Assembly (NCBI GenBank): GCA_965287045.1
Contig: OZ336883.1
Coordinates: 47,306,001-47,370,000, forward strand
DNA from: Carcharhinus amblyrhynchos
Taxonomy: Eukaryota
Length of the DNA stretch: 64,000 nucleotides
Direction of reading: 5' to 3'
Part shown: one piece after another, positions 50,625-63,184 of the stretch
Layout: each line of letters opens with the position of its first letter
Numbering within the stretch: position 1 is the stretch's first letter
Translations under genes and position numbers: made by a program
The notes under the pieces: model-generated
Told to the model about the DNA's origin: nothing
What the model saw: the letters and a program-made list of their open reading frames with translations, nothing else
Database searches by the model: none

Positions 50625-51059
50625 TGAGTTATAAGGAGAGGCTGGATAGGCAGGGATTTTTTTTTCCCTGGAGTAGGCAGCTTAGGGGTGATCTCAGAGG
50701 TCTGTAAAATAGTGAGGAGCATAGATAAGATAGATAGTCAACATCTTTTACCAAGGGTAGGGGAATCTAAGACTAGAAGGCATAGGTTTAAGGTGAAAGA
50801 GGAGAGATACAAAAGAGTCAAGGGGGGGAGGGGTAGTTTCTTTCAAACAGAGGGTTGAGAGTTGAACGTGCTGCCACAGACAGTAATATAGGTGGGTTCA
50901 ATTTTTTCTTTGAAAAAGCACTTAAACAGTTACATGGGTAAGATTGGTATCGAGGGATATGGGCCAAATGCAGGCATTTGGGACTAGCTTAATAGTAAAA
51001 ACTGAGCAGCATGGACAAGTTGGGCCAAAGGGCGTATTTCCATGCTGTAAACCTCTGAG

Positions 51060-51920
51060 AGAAACTTGGGGGGTGGGGAGGAGGGGGTGCTTAGGTATGG
51101 GTGCTGGACAGGGTGATGTGGGACATAGAGGCAATGGGTGGCACTAGAGTAGGGTAGACATGGGCAATGGGAGTGCTGGAGTAGGAGGGGTGACTAGAGG
51201 CAGGTTTGCTGCGGGAGGGCAATGCAGAACATAGTGGCAATGGGTGGTGCTGGAGTAGTGGAATAATGTGGCGAAGGGGGCTATGGGAGGGATGACTGGA
51301 GGCAGGATTGCTACGGGAGTGGCGACTGGGACGAGGATGCTGAGTTGGGGTGAGTGGGGCAAGGACGCTGGGTTGGGGTGCTGGACTAAAGGCAACTTAG
51401 GGGGGGCAGGAGACTGGGGTAGAGGGTGACTGGGGGCAGGCCCCTGGGTGGGGGGAGACTAGGTTGGGGGGGGTGACTGAGGGTGGGTGCTGGTGTAGGG
51501 GACACTGGGAGTGATGGGTTCAGGGTCAGGGGAGACGAGCTGGAACATTGGGAGGTCCTTCAGTACAATGGACTCGGGGAAGCCTGGGGTTGCGGGGTGG
51601 GGGAAAGGTGTGGTGGGGAGAAGGGAATGTGGGAGGTGGAGTGTGCTTGGTAGGGGAGACTGGCAAAGTGGCTGTGCTGGAGTTGGGGATACAAGTTGGG
51701 GGTGTGGATTTATTCTGGAGTAGGAGAGTTTGTGGGGTGGGTGAGGGAGAGAATCTGGGATAAGGGGAGACCTGGAAGTTTAAGGGCAGTGGGGGGGGGC
51801 AAAATGGTAGTAGGGAAAAGGCCAGGCACTAGTGAGGGGGGGCAGGGGGAGCCTTGATTTGGGGCAACGGGGGAGGTCACTCATCAGAGGGTGTGTCAGG
51901 TGGGATTGGGTAGTCGGGGC
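51060..51920 (+). repeat. G-rich low-complexity tract / degenerate minisatellite
   Basis: Dense GGG(G) runs with recurring GACTGGGG, GACTAGGGG and TGCTGGAG units. Continues the tract at 48480-48660. Confidence 0.7.
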
Positions 51921-52119
51921 AGTGTAGCTCTATCATAGCTGCTAATACCTAGACTGTAACTTGTCGAGACATTTGACATCTGGTAAATGTTAGCAGTGGC
52001 TTTGTGATGTAAAGACCAAGTTAGGTTTTCAGTATGAGATTCATTGTAGTAAATCGTTTTGTTGTAGCAACATGAATTGAACTTGGGTTTCTGTGTTATT
52101 GATGCCTAAGACATTTTGA

Positions 52120-52242
<123 letters not shown>

Positions 52243-52276
52243 TGAAGTACCTGTGGTGACAGCATTTAAAATGGCT

Positions 52277-53115
52277 AAAATCAAAATACTGCAGATGCTG
52301 CAATCTGAAACAAAAATAAAACGTGCTGGAAAATCTCAGCAGGTCTGACAGCTACTGTGGGGAGAGAATAGACCCAAAGGGCCCGATTTTACCATTTTGA
52401 TTCTAAGTGCCAAGTCCACGCCAACGCCCCCCCACCCCGAACTAGACCAATTGTGGCTCCCTGCTCCCTCCCCCACCCAACCGATTGCGCATAGAATGAC
52501 AGCGAACCTCCCCTGACATCCATCTGACCTGACCTGCTCCTCCCCCCACCAGAGAGCCATCAGTCCCACCCCCCCTGCCCTCCCACAAGAGAGCCATCTG
52601 ACCCACCCCACCCTACCCTATCAGTGAGTCATCTGACCCGCTTCCCTCCTGCTGTCCACCAGAAACATCTGACCTGCCTCCCTCTCTCCACCAGAGAGCC
52701 ATCTGACCCAAACCCCCAACCATCATCACCACTGATTTGAGTCAAAGCGCCGCTGGAAGCTCTGAAATTACCTTCTCAGGAGCTGGGATGCCAGAATTGG
52801 ACCTTTGCGGATCGTGTCTGTTTCGCACCAAATCTGGACAAGTGAATGCAGCGGTAAAGGGAGAAATGCTGGTAAGTTTAGGCGTCCAGCCCATTAAGTC
52901 CTGATCACAGCCATTTTAGGCGATTGGTAAAGGGGGAATGGACGCGGAAGCAGTTGCAGATCATGCTACTTGCTTCATGCCTGACTTTACCAAGTTTTTG
53001 CACCTGAAAATGGGCTCAACCTGATGGTAAAATCGGGCCCAACATTTCGAATCTAGGTGACCCTCCGTCAGAGCTGACAAAAGGTCATCTAGACTTGAAA
53101 TGTTGGCTCTATTCG
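52277..53115. mobile_element. Second Penelope-type palindromic element with a degenerate hammerhead, split by a 662-bp MITE
   Basis: Host reads GAGAATAGACCCAA | AACATTTCGAATCTAGGTGACCCTCCGTCAG-AG-CTGACAAAAGGTCATCTAGACTTGAAATGTTGGCTCTATTC. Confidence 0.65.
52379..53040. mobile_element. MITE / non-autonomous DNA transposon with perfect 17-bp TIRs
   Basis: TIRs GGGCCCGATTTTACCAT (52379-95) / ATGGTAAAATCGGGCCC (53024-40). Internal tandem units of the form CCACCAGAGAGCCATCTGACC. Confidence 0.85.
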
Positions 53116-53591
53116 GGAGGAGTTGATATGGTTTAATTAACAAAGATCCAGTCGAGTGAAGAAACTGTTGCTAAAGGTTATAATGTATAGTTGTTCCATT
53201 AACTACATGGTTCAAATTCCAACATGGTAGTTTGGAAATTTGCATCTAAATGGAAAAGTCAGGAAATACAAGTGTGGATGCTGTGAAAATGAAAACAAAT
53301 ATGCATTTGTTATTTAAAAACCCATTGGTTCAATGGCATGCTTTGGGGAAGAAAACATTTGATCTTGTCTACTCTGTCCATTGTACGATTTTGTTCCAAC
53401 ACCTAACATAGTTGAGTCTTAACTACCTATCTGGAGAGGTTGAGCAAGCCACTCTGTTGCCCCACTACCTTCTGAGGGCAACTGGAGATGGGTATAAATG
53501 CCAGCCTTGCCTGCGATAAATTTGTTAAAGATATCTCTTATGTTACTGGCAGATGACTGATGTGAATGAACAATCAAACTTGAAGACCAAG

Positions 53592-53732
53592 TGGCTAAAC
53601 GCACATCTTTGGACTGTGGGAAGAAACCCATGTAGACACGGGGAAAATGTGCAAACTTGGCACAGTCACCCAAGGCTGGAGTCAAACCCAGGTCTCTGGC
53701 AATGAGAGACAACAGTGCTAACCACTGTGCTG
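53592..53732 (-). mobile_element. HE1-type SINE 5' part
   Basis: GCACATCTTTGGACTGTGGGA..GTGCTAACCACTGTGC. Confidence 0.8.
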
Positions 53733-54488
53733 CTTACTTGAAATGCTGCCACCTATAAGCCTGTAGACCAAGAGCTTCGAAGTAGGATCAGCCTGGATAG
53801 CTGTTCTGGCTGGCACAGACACAATAGGCAGATAGCCACTTCCTATGCCATTAATATCTTTAATTTGCCTATGATTCCACAATTCACTACTTTCTAAAAT
53901 ATTGAAATTCAATAAGATCTGGAATCACCTTCTGAGATTAAATGCATGGCAAAACTTACATTGATTGAATTAAGGTAGCTGTAATTTGACTATTCTGAAA
54001 AGCAATTACAAGACAATCAAGCTTTGTTTCCGGTTGGGCTACCCAAAGATATCACGTGTAGTGTGTTGAAATGGCTGCCTCTAATAGAGAAGTTATATAA
54101 TTGGAGATTATCTCGGATCTTAGCAGTATTATATTTGAGCTTTTGGATTCCTAAAATTCAGAACCCAATTAAATCCAAAAATATCTGTCATTTGTTTAGG
54201 CTGTCAGGTAAAATGTTTAAATTCCATTGTGATTAATCTCGCATTTACAATTTTAATCTGTGTTAATCTTGGTTTTACCCACAACAACACTTGAACCTGC
54301 AAGCCATGAATGGGAACTCACAAAGCAATGGGCCTGCTGAGCCCGTGGCTGATGGAGGGATTGTCTGCAGCTGGCTTTGGGTTCTCTCTCATTCTACAGT
54401 TGTCCTAGCCGCATACTTAATTTAAGGTGCAGCCTTCAGTTCTTTATTGTGTATGCTCCTTAATCCAGTAGTTCAACTTGTCTTTCAG

Positions 54489-54570
54489 GATAAGTTATTG
54501 GATGCTAACACAGTCACTCATCTGTTCCGAATAACTGAAAACATAGGATGTGTAATGACAGGAATGACAG
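54489..54570 (+). CDS. PSMA6: PSMA6 exon 3
   Basis: Acceptor tctttcag, donor gtaaga, 82 nt. Translates [27 protein letters not shown](A). Confidence 0.98.
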
Positions 54571-55179
54571 GTAAGAACCTAAAAAACTGATTCAGATTAA
54601 GGTTCTCCTTTTTAGACTAGCTGACTTTGCTTTAGATATCAAATCTATTTAATTAACGTCAACAGTGGAAACTGAATCTTGTCAACAATGCAATAAGATG
54701 CATGAAATTTTTTTTTAATTCTGAAAATACTTTGATCAGACAGCATCTGTGGTGAGTGAAGCAGACTTAATCTTTCAGGTTGATGATGAAAGATATTTGC
54801 AGTACTTTCTGTTTATGTTATTGCATGATCTGAGTATTGACCAAATCTTGTGCCTGGAAACATGGCCTATAATGTCCAACAAGATCTCTTATCATTAACT
54901 GAAAAGAAGAACATAGTTAAGCAGAAAGTCATTGTGTAAGATGAGACTCTTGTTTGCAAAGTGGTCTTCCTTACTAGTATTTGTAAACCCAGATTCGGTG
55001 TCACCTAACCAGTACTACTTGTTTGTTTCACCCTTGTTTCATCCTTTATCATGGTGGCTGTTTCATCTTTCGAGTTTCTAAAATTAACAATGAAAATAAA
55101 TTAACCTTGCTTACAATTATTTACACTGTTTCTTGAATGTTGATCTTTTTCACCTTTTAATTTCTTTATTTGTTTTTAA

Positions 55180-55362
<183 letters not shown>

Positions 55363-55667
55363 TAAGATTAATGCAACATTGGGTTTCTGCTTCAAATCGC
55401 AGTTGCAAGTACTGCTGGAGTATAAAGTCATGTACGATCATGTGTTTTAATGGTCTATCCAAAATGACTTTCCAAATTATTTTCTTAAAGGTATTAATTG
55501 AGAAAACATCAACCTATTAAACAAGGTGGTCATTCATTTGAGAGGTTTATTACCATACCCTTACTGCATTTGAAAAAAAGAGTGACTCTCCCATTGAATT
55601 TGTGGATTTAAGATAATGAATAGCTGAGCTACAGAGAGCAGAAATTCTCAGTTCTTTGTTGTATTAA

Positions 55668-55940
55668 AAAAGGAAAGGATTTGCATTATACAGTGCCTTT
55701 AAATCCTAAAACGTAATTTTAAAGTCACTCTTGTAGGGAAATAGAACAACCAATCTGCTCACCGCAAAGTCCCATGCATAAGGTGAAGTGTTGACCAGAT
55801 AATCAATTATTGATGTTAGATTGGGATAAATGTTGGACAGGACTCCAATTCTTGATTGCTCCTCCGTGCTGAAATTCTAAATTTAACTGAGGACAAGAAT
55901 GTTTGTGATGCCCCTCAATTGTATATTCACTGAGTCTCTT
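55668..55940 (-). mobile_element. Ancient Deu-SINE-like element in PSMA6 intron 4
   Basis: GCAAAGTCCCA..TGACCAGATAATC..GATGTT..GGGATAAATGTTGGACAGGAC resembles the reverse Deu domain as I recall it, with a GATTTGCATTATACAGTGCCTTT tail. Confidence 0.55.
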
Positions 55941-56726
55941 GCATGAATATTGGCCATTTGTGCTGGCTGTACTGTCAAGTCTTTGAAATCAGCAGACAAG
56001 ACATGTATAAATAATCTGCAGGAATGTCACTTCAATTGAATATTTTGATACAGTGTAGGATCATTGGTATTTACATCTATTCTCCAAAGTGGACAAGAGG
56101 TAGAATTCATTGAGGGATCAGGTTTGTTAATTCAATGTAGTATTTTCTTAAATTTAGAATTCAAAAAGGAAGCTAGTGGCTTCATGCCATCCTGCGATGA
56201 TGTACTCCCTGAAAATGCTGAGCAAATTTCCATTCTTACAGAGTTCAGGAAATTATTAGAATGAATATAGAAATCTTGTCATGGTGTGATTCATGCTTCT
56301 ACTGGATTCTAAAGACATTAAATAACAATAGCAACTAAGTAACAAAGATCAGATTGTATTCTGGCAGCAGAGAAAATGTTGAAGGAAGATTTAATCAGTT
56401 TTGTTTTCCATTGAATAGTTCACAATCTAATTTTTTTTTCCCAACTGAGTTGGCTGCTCCTGGAACACCATACTTGAAACATGGTAGCCGATTCCAAACA
56501 TTTATTTTAAAAGGTAGTTGAACGAAAAGTTGATGCTGAATTTGCAGGTTTATAGACAAAAGGATGGGATTGTGGGATTAAACATGGCTCATCTTTCAAA
56601 AAAACCTGCAAGAGCGTGGCAAGTTAAATGCCCTTCAGTGCTGAGAGTTTCTGTGATTCTGTTAAATGCTAAACAGAAATGAGATTTTTTTTTTAAAAAA
56701 TTCAGTTTGAATGTTCTGTTTTATAG

Positions 56727-56905
56727 GTATGATTCTGGTAGGTGTTGACGAAGAGCTTGGTGCACAGGTTTACAAGTGTGACCCTGCAGGTTATTATTGT
56801 GGTTTCAAGGCCACTGCCGCAGGAGTCAAACAGACAGAAGCTACAAGTTTCTTGGAAAAGAAAGTTAAGAAAAAGCTTGACTGGGTATATGCACAAACTG
56901 TAGAG
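56727..56905 (+). CDS. PSMA6: PSMA6 exon 5
   Basis: Acceptor ttttatag, donor gtatga, 179 nt. Translates (C)[59 protein letters not shown]. Confidence 0.98.
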
Positions 56906-56930
56906 GTATGAAAGTAATTAATTAAGTTGA

Positions 56931-57113
<183 letters not shown>

Positions 57114-57364
57114 TAATTAAAGATCATCTTATTTACTTAATTGTCTAGTTTCAGTTAACTATTTATTCCTTGGTGATTTGTGGAATGCAGCATTACAGAA
57201 GACATGAGTTATTCAAAGTTAGAGGAACTTGACAACACCTTTGTCAGAATGTGGGCCATGTGTGTTAAAATGCATTGAGCTTGAAACAGCTCTACTGGAA
57301 TGTCTGTGTGCTTTCCCTGACCCCAACTTTATATCTTTGTACTTAGTTGCTCCTCTTACAACAA

Positions 57365-57715
57365 CAGAATATTGAAAGGCCTGGATAGAGTGGACATGGA
57401 GAGGATGTTTCCTCTAGTTGGAGAGACTAGAACTTGAGGGCACAACCTCAGAGTGAAGGGATGCTCCTTTTAAAACTGAGATGAGGAGTAATTTCTTCAG
57501 CCAGAGGGTGGTGAATCTGTGGAACTCATTGCCACAGAGGGCTGTTGAGGCCAGTTCATTGAGTGTCTTTAAGCCAGAGATAGATTCTTGATCAATAAGG
57601 GGATCAAGGGTTATGGGGAGAAGACAGGAGAATGGCGATGAGAATTATATCAGCCATGTTTGAGGCTGCTCCACCATTCAGTGGGCTGAGTGGCCTAATT
57701 CTGCTTCTATATCTA
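57365..57715 (+). mobile_element. CR1 3' fragment in PSMA6 intron 6
   Basis: AATTTCTTCAGCCAGAGGGTGGTGAATCTGTGGAACTC plus 3' UTR. Confidence 0.85.
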
Positions 57716-58769
57716 AGTTAAAAGGCACCTTTCTGATCAAAAATAAAATCTTTTCACTTGCAATCTTACATCGGAAACAAAACCTGCTTTGAACCTTAAG
57801 ATATTTGTTTTTCGGAATGCGTCTTTTAATTTTGATTTATATGAAATCTTGTAATCTTTTGATAAAGACAGTGGTTAAAATATGTTTATCACATCTTTTG
57901 GGTTACAACATGGTGAAACTGGGTAGTGCAATGTGTTAAAACATTAACTTTGCACCTGTAGAAACTGTATTTGAATGTGATTCACATTGAAATAATATGT
58001 AAGCTTGTTCTCTAGGTTACACATAAACTATTTACTCAGAATCAACTGGAGTCACAATTAGGCCTGGTCTTCTTATATGCAGTATTTGTAAAGTGGCATT
58101 AAGTGGTATCTTAAGAGGCCATAGTATGTTTATAATAGAAAAGGGAAAAATCCGTACTGATACAATTCAAAATCCTTTGCTGAAGTTGGGTTTAAGTCAT
58201 ATAATTGGGTAAATGGAGTTGGAACCTCGACATGGATTTGGGAGATGCTAAGACTAGATTTTTGGGATTGCAAAGCTACCAACATAACCAACCTGGGGAT
58301 GGGGGAGAAAGGTACTTGTTGATTGGTTGCACAGCATACATCCTTCCTCATTTGACTTTATTGGAAAGACTTAACAGACGGCCAACCTGCAACTCGCAGT
58401 TTACTAGGCATTTCAATGTGAAAATTGGCCCCAAAGAAAATGATATAAACTAATCCCTGAATGGTGCTTCTCCTCAGGTGTGACATTAGGTCAGTACTCA
58501 GCACTTGAGTAAATTGTCCTTCAGAGTTAAAACTTTAAACAAGTGAACTGCTTCATTATAACCTCCAGAACAGTTTTATGTCTTTAACATTTCTCTCTAC
58601 AACCTTCATTCTTTAAATATTTCGATTTTACTTTGAGCAGCTTAGAAATTTTAAAATAGTACAAAATACAAATGGATTTAATTCTCTAATTTATCTTTGA
58701 ATTTTTATTTCTAAAGTATGTTTGAACATGAAAAGCCTTTTTTCTGACAATTGTTTTTTTTTGCCCCAG

Positions 58770-58827
58770 GATTCTTTCAGAAGCTGAAATTGATGCACAT
58801 CTGGTTGCTCTAGCAGAGAGAGACTGA
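58770..58827 (+). CDS. PSMA6: PSMA6 exon 7, ends in TGA
   Basis: Acceptor tttgccccag. Translates (R)ILSEAEIDAHLVALAERD*. The seven exons sum to 76+95+82+156+179+95+58 = 741 nt = 246 aa plus stop. Confidence 0.98.
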
Positions 58828-58934
58828 AATTCCACTTAGTTTAAGATTCTTTATTTGTTACATAGAGAGCATTGTTAATGGAAGACTTGATTGCTGTAAC
58901 AGAATGCCATCTACACTGTATTTTAATCCATACA

Positions 58935-58940
58935 AATAAA
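58935..58940 (+). terminator. PSMA6 polyadenylation signal
   Basis: AATAAA about 110 nt after the stop. A second ATTAAA lies at 58966-58971. Confidence 0.7.
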
Positions 58941-59539
58941 GCTGAGATTTTGGAACATGCTATTGATTAAAGTCATGTTTACACAATATGCTCTCATCTC
59001 ACCTAGAGATCAGGTGCTGGCCTTTTCTGTGTAAAAAGAGAGAAAGCGAAGGAGCTTATCTCTCCTCATGCTGCTTCTAAACTCCCAAACCTCACACTCC
59101 AGCCAGAACCTATTATTTGGAGATGAATAAAATGGAATGTCCTGAATCATTAGATGCAGAATGTAACTATTTCAGCCCATTGAACATGACAAAGGAATTG
59201 TTTGACAATAAGCTTCTGGGAGTGTGTTAAAGCACAGTTTGGGCACCAGTGACTTTCATCCACAGTTACTAAAAAGTTTAAAAACATCTTTGGTTTGTCT
59301 TTAATACAATTAAATAGAAGATTTTAACAGACCGATAATTTAAAACCCTTTAATTTTTAAAAAATGAATTAAGTCTCTGTACTACAAGTCCTGTTTTATG
59401 TTTAGCTTTAATGTTGGTCAGTTAATGGGGCCCATAATTTTGTTAGTGTCACGAGTTTAGTTTTTAAGTCTTTTTGCAATGATCTGATGTAGAGACATGT
59501 GACCCAATCTGTACCATTTTGGAATGGCCTCTCCTGTTC

Positions 59540-59920
59540 AAAGAACAAAGAAAATTACAGCACAGGAACAGATCTTCCAGCCTGTACCAACCATGCTGCC
59601 CGAATGAACTAAAACCCGTGCACTTCAGGGGACCATTCCCTCTATTCCCACCCTGTTTATGTATTTGCCACTATCGTATCTATTTCAACCATCTCCCCTG
59701 GCAGTGATTTCAGGCACATCATCCTCTGTGTTTAAAGGAAAACTTGCATCGTACGTCTCATTTAAACCTTGCCCCTTGCACCTTAATCCTCTTCCACCTG
59801 GGGAAAAGCTTCTGACTACCCACTCTGTCATGCCCCTCATAATCTTGTAGACTTCTATCAGATCACCCCTCGCTTTCCAGCGTTACAGTGAGAACAAACC
59901 AATTTTTTCCAACCTCTCCT
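59540..59920 (-). mobile_element. CR1 3' fragment
   Basis: AAAGAACAAAGAA tail and RT C-terminal remnants. Confidence 0.75.
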
Positions 59921-59921
59921 C

Positions 59922-60315
59922 TGAATCGCTGTGCAGAAACTGACACAAGTTCTGCACACATGAGGACAACCTCAACCAGGATCTTGGGTTCACGTCACAC
60001 TATCTGTAACCCCTGCGACTTGCCTGGACTTGCAAAATCTCTCTAACTGTCCTAGCTGGAGACAATACACATCTCTTTAACCTGTGCTTAACCCCCCTCT
60101 CCACTCATATTGTCTGTACCTTTAAGACTTGATTACCTGTAAAGACTCACATTCCAACCATTATTTTGTAAATTGAGTTTGTGTCTTTATATGGCCTGTT
60201 TGTGAAGGGCTCACCTGATGAAGGAGCAGCAGTCCGATAGCTTGTGGCTTGTGCTACCAAATAAACCTGTTGGACTTTAACCTGGTGTTGTGAGACTTCT
60301 TACTATGTTTTACCA
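59922..60315 (+). mobile_element. Penelope-like element 3' end (GIY-YIG C-terminus plus terminal repeat with a decayed hammerhead)
   Basis: Translates IAVQKL..KFCTHEDNLNQDLGFTSHYL*, resembling vertebrate PLE ORF ends. Contains CACCTGATGAAGGAGCAGCAGTCCGATAGCTTGTG and AATAAACCTGTTGGACTTTAACCTGGTGTTGTGAGACTTCTTAC. Confidence 0.75.
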
Positions 60316-61814
60316 TGCCAGTGAATGAAAGCACATTGTCATAGAAAATAGGAGCAGCCCTTTAAGCCTGTTCTGCCATTTGATATGATCATGGCTGATC
60401 CTCTTATTTCAATGCTACACTCTGTTGTCCCCATATCCCATGATTTCCTTCAAGTTGCCTTGATGTTTGTGCCTTCAGTTTGTACTTTGACGATTAGAAA
60501 AGTGTATTTAAATACATCAAATCAGAAATAAAATGAAGGAGAAGCTCCATATCCAGAGGTTTGGGCAGTTTAAGGGGATTCCCATTTTGTGAACCAAAAG
60601 AGCAGCAGGAAGCAGACAATGGTGTAACAGGCAAAGTTGCAGAACAAGCCAGTGCAATACAGATCAGATGTGGACAGTCCAGGAAAAGCAAAACTAGGTG
60701 AAGTAGAGAGGTTTCTATGTAGGAAAGGGGAAAGAAAAGGATTTGCAGCTTATTTGGAATATTACATGTGTGTTGGGTTTGTGGTGCAAAGTGTTTTAAT
60801 TTTTTGAGGCCAACAATTTATGTGTCACACTGCTAGGACTTTTAGTATAAGGGATTTCGATTGTTTTTTTAGTCTGGCGAAGGCTGTGATTTGTAGTTAG
60901 CTGCAACTTTTCAGAACTAGCTTCTGCTGCAAAAGTTAGATGCCCCCCTTGACCTAAGAGTGTTTATTCCTGGTATTGAGTGCCTGAAAAGTGAAGTAAA
61001 AATCTTTTGCTTTCAGCACAAATATTTGAGGATTTTAAAAAAACTGCTAAACAAGCAAAATAAATGTGTGCCTCCCTGTTCCACCGAGCTTGAAATTATT
61101 GTTTTGATAATTCTAGGTTCATGAAATTTAACTTGAATTTAGTTTTTGCTATGATGATGGTCGATTCTTTTGATATTGCTGCAACAGGAGATAACTGTTT
61201 GTTTTATGGGGGGGGCATCTAAAGTAAATGAAATACATCAACTTAGTCTGATTTCACAACTTCAAAACACTGATGTGGCGCTGTAATATGTCCATATCTT
61301 CTATAACAAATTGTAACTGAATTGCATATGCAGTGTTTCGCATCTCATTTCAGAATGATGATTCAGCGTGACCTGCCTTGTTAACTGAAAGCCATTAAAA
61401 TTAGTCACCAGCTATGACATAGCAGATATTCTGTAGACACCTTCCATAATTTTCAGCTGTACTTTTTGTCAATGTGCTATTTTGCAAGGGCAACCTAAGA
61501 AAGTTTTAATAGAAAATATTACATGCTTTTTAAAATACCTTCCAAATATATTTATATGTATGGTTATGAGGATAGGGCTGGGTGGGATTGTGGTCGGTGC
61601 AGACTTGATGGGTCAAATGGCCACTTTCTGCACTGTATGATTTTACGTGATTATACAATATTTTGATAGTAAGCACAATGTCAGAGTGAGGTTAATTCCC
61701 CATTTTGAAGACGGTTACTGCAAATTCTAACAATACTATCTCCTCAGCAAATTAGCAGGTGCCAGACAATCTGCTCAACTATACTCTCCTCACTAATTTA
61801 TCGGCCGATTTTTA

Positions 61815-62300
61815 AAATTCATGCATGGGAGAGGGCATTGTTGGCAAGACATAGCACTTATTGTCCAATCCTAATTACAATTGTAAAAATAGGTGGTGAG
61901 TTTCCTTCCTGAACCAAAGCAGTCCACACAGTGTAGATTAAACCCACAGAGCTGTTAAGGAAGGGGTTCTAGGATTTTGACACGGTAACAGTGAAGAAAG
62001 AGCAATGTAGCTTTAAGTTAGATGGTGTATACTTGGAGGGGAACTGGCAAGTGGTGGTGTTCCCATGTGTTTTCTTCTAGATAATGGAGGCTGTAGGTTT
62101 GGGAGGTACTTTTGAAGGCGCCTTGACAAATTGCTGCAGTGTATCTTATAGATGGTGTGTACTGTTGCCACTGTGTGCCTGTGGTGGAGGAAGTGAATGT
62201 TTAAGACGGTGGGGAAGTGCTTTGTCCTAGGTGGTACTGAGCTTTCTGAATGTTGAAGCTACACTCATCCAGGCAAATGGAGGATATTTCACCATATTTG
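61815..62300 (-). mobile_element. Second-family LINE 3' end
   Basis: Colinear with 39370-40160. Confidence 0.75.
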
Positions 62301-62654
62301 TGTGGCACAAATTATTGGTCACACATCACCCCAAACCTGAATGTTATCCAGGTATTGCTGCAATTATAACCAATGGGATTATATTACCCACAAGCCATAC
62401 CTAGTGCTTGGCCAACATGACTGTTTTTGCGGAATCTAAAATGCTGCGTTCTTGAAAATATTTTCCATGAAATGTTTCAAGTTGATGTTATTGCTGAATG
62501 AATCATAACAGGAAGTCAACCTGATTTTCTATATTAAAAAGAATTGAAAAAGCATATCACCCCGTAAACAACAGCAAATATTTGACAAGTTTAAAGCTTT
62601 TGCCATCATTAATACTTCAAGACAGTGAACTATCTTTAGCCCAAGAGATAAATT

Positions 62655-63130
62655 GCTATAGAACGATACAGCACAGGAAGCCATTTGGCCCATTGCAGAT
62701 CTTTGACAGAGTTTATACAATTAGTCTCATTCCACTTTTCTTTCCCCATTGGAATATTTCTCCAATTTCCTTTTGAAACCTACTTTTGAATCTGCTTCTA
62801 CCACCTTTTAAGGCATTGAATTCCAGATCACCATGACTTCATAAAAAAAGTTCCCTTATCACCTGTGGTTCCTGGTTCCTTTGCCAATTAATTTAATTTT
62901 GCATCCTCTGGTTACCACTGTCACTGAAAATAGTTTCTCACGTACTCTTTCAAAACCGTTCATGATTTTGAATGTTTCTCTCAAATCTCCCTTGCCCTTT
63001 GCTTGAAGGGGAATAACCCAGTTTCTCTTGACTCTCCATGTAATTTTCAGGAAGTCTTCACCCCAAGTAAAATCCCTCAATGCCTCTCAAATGCTTTTAC
63101 GTTCTACCTAATGTGTGGTGCCCAGAATTA
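62655..63130 (-). mobile_element. Old CR1 3' fragment
   Basis: Translates GDLRETFKIMNGFERV..LF..TRG. Confidence 0.7.
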
Positions 63131-63184
63131 GCATGATTTACATTTTAACATATCTGGGCCCCTTTCATTTATTACTCAATGTTT

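Larger units (their letters stand above)
48660..51058 (+). mobile_element. CR1-type LINE (different subfamily), degenerate, in PSMA6 intron 1
   Basis: Motifs YPRMLWEAREEIAGPL, YMDFSKDFDKVPH and SKFADGIKIGG. Tail TTCCATGCTGTAAACCTCT. Confidence 0.92.

Noticed and set aside
60211-60247. Hammerhead motif in the Penelope 3' end as an active ribozyme
   Set aside because: The GAAA core is mutated to GATA and stem II is mismatched, so it is likely inactive.
61151-61390. ATGATGA ... CTGA pairs resembling C/D-box snoRNA
   Set aside because: No terminal stem, no recognisable rRNA antisense element, not in a known intron, and the second pair is too short.
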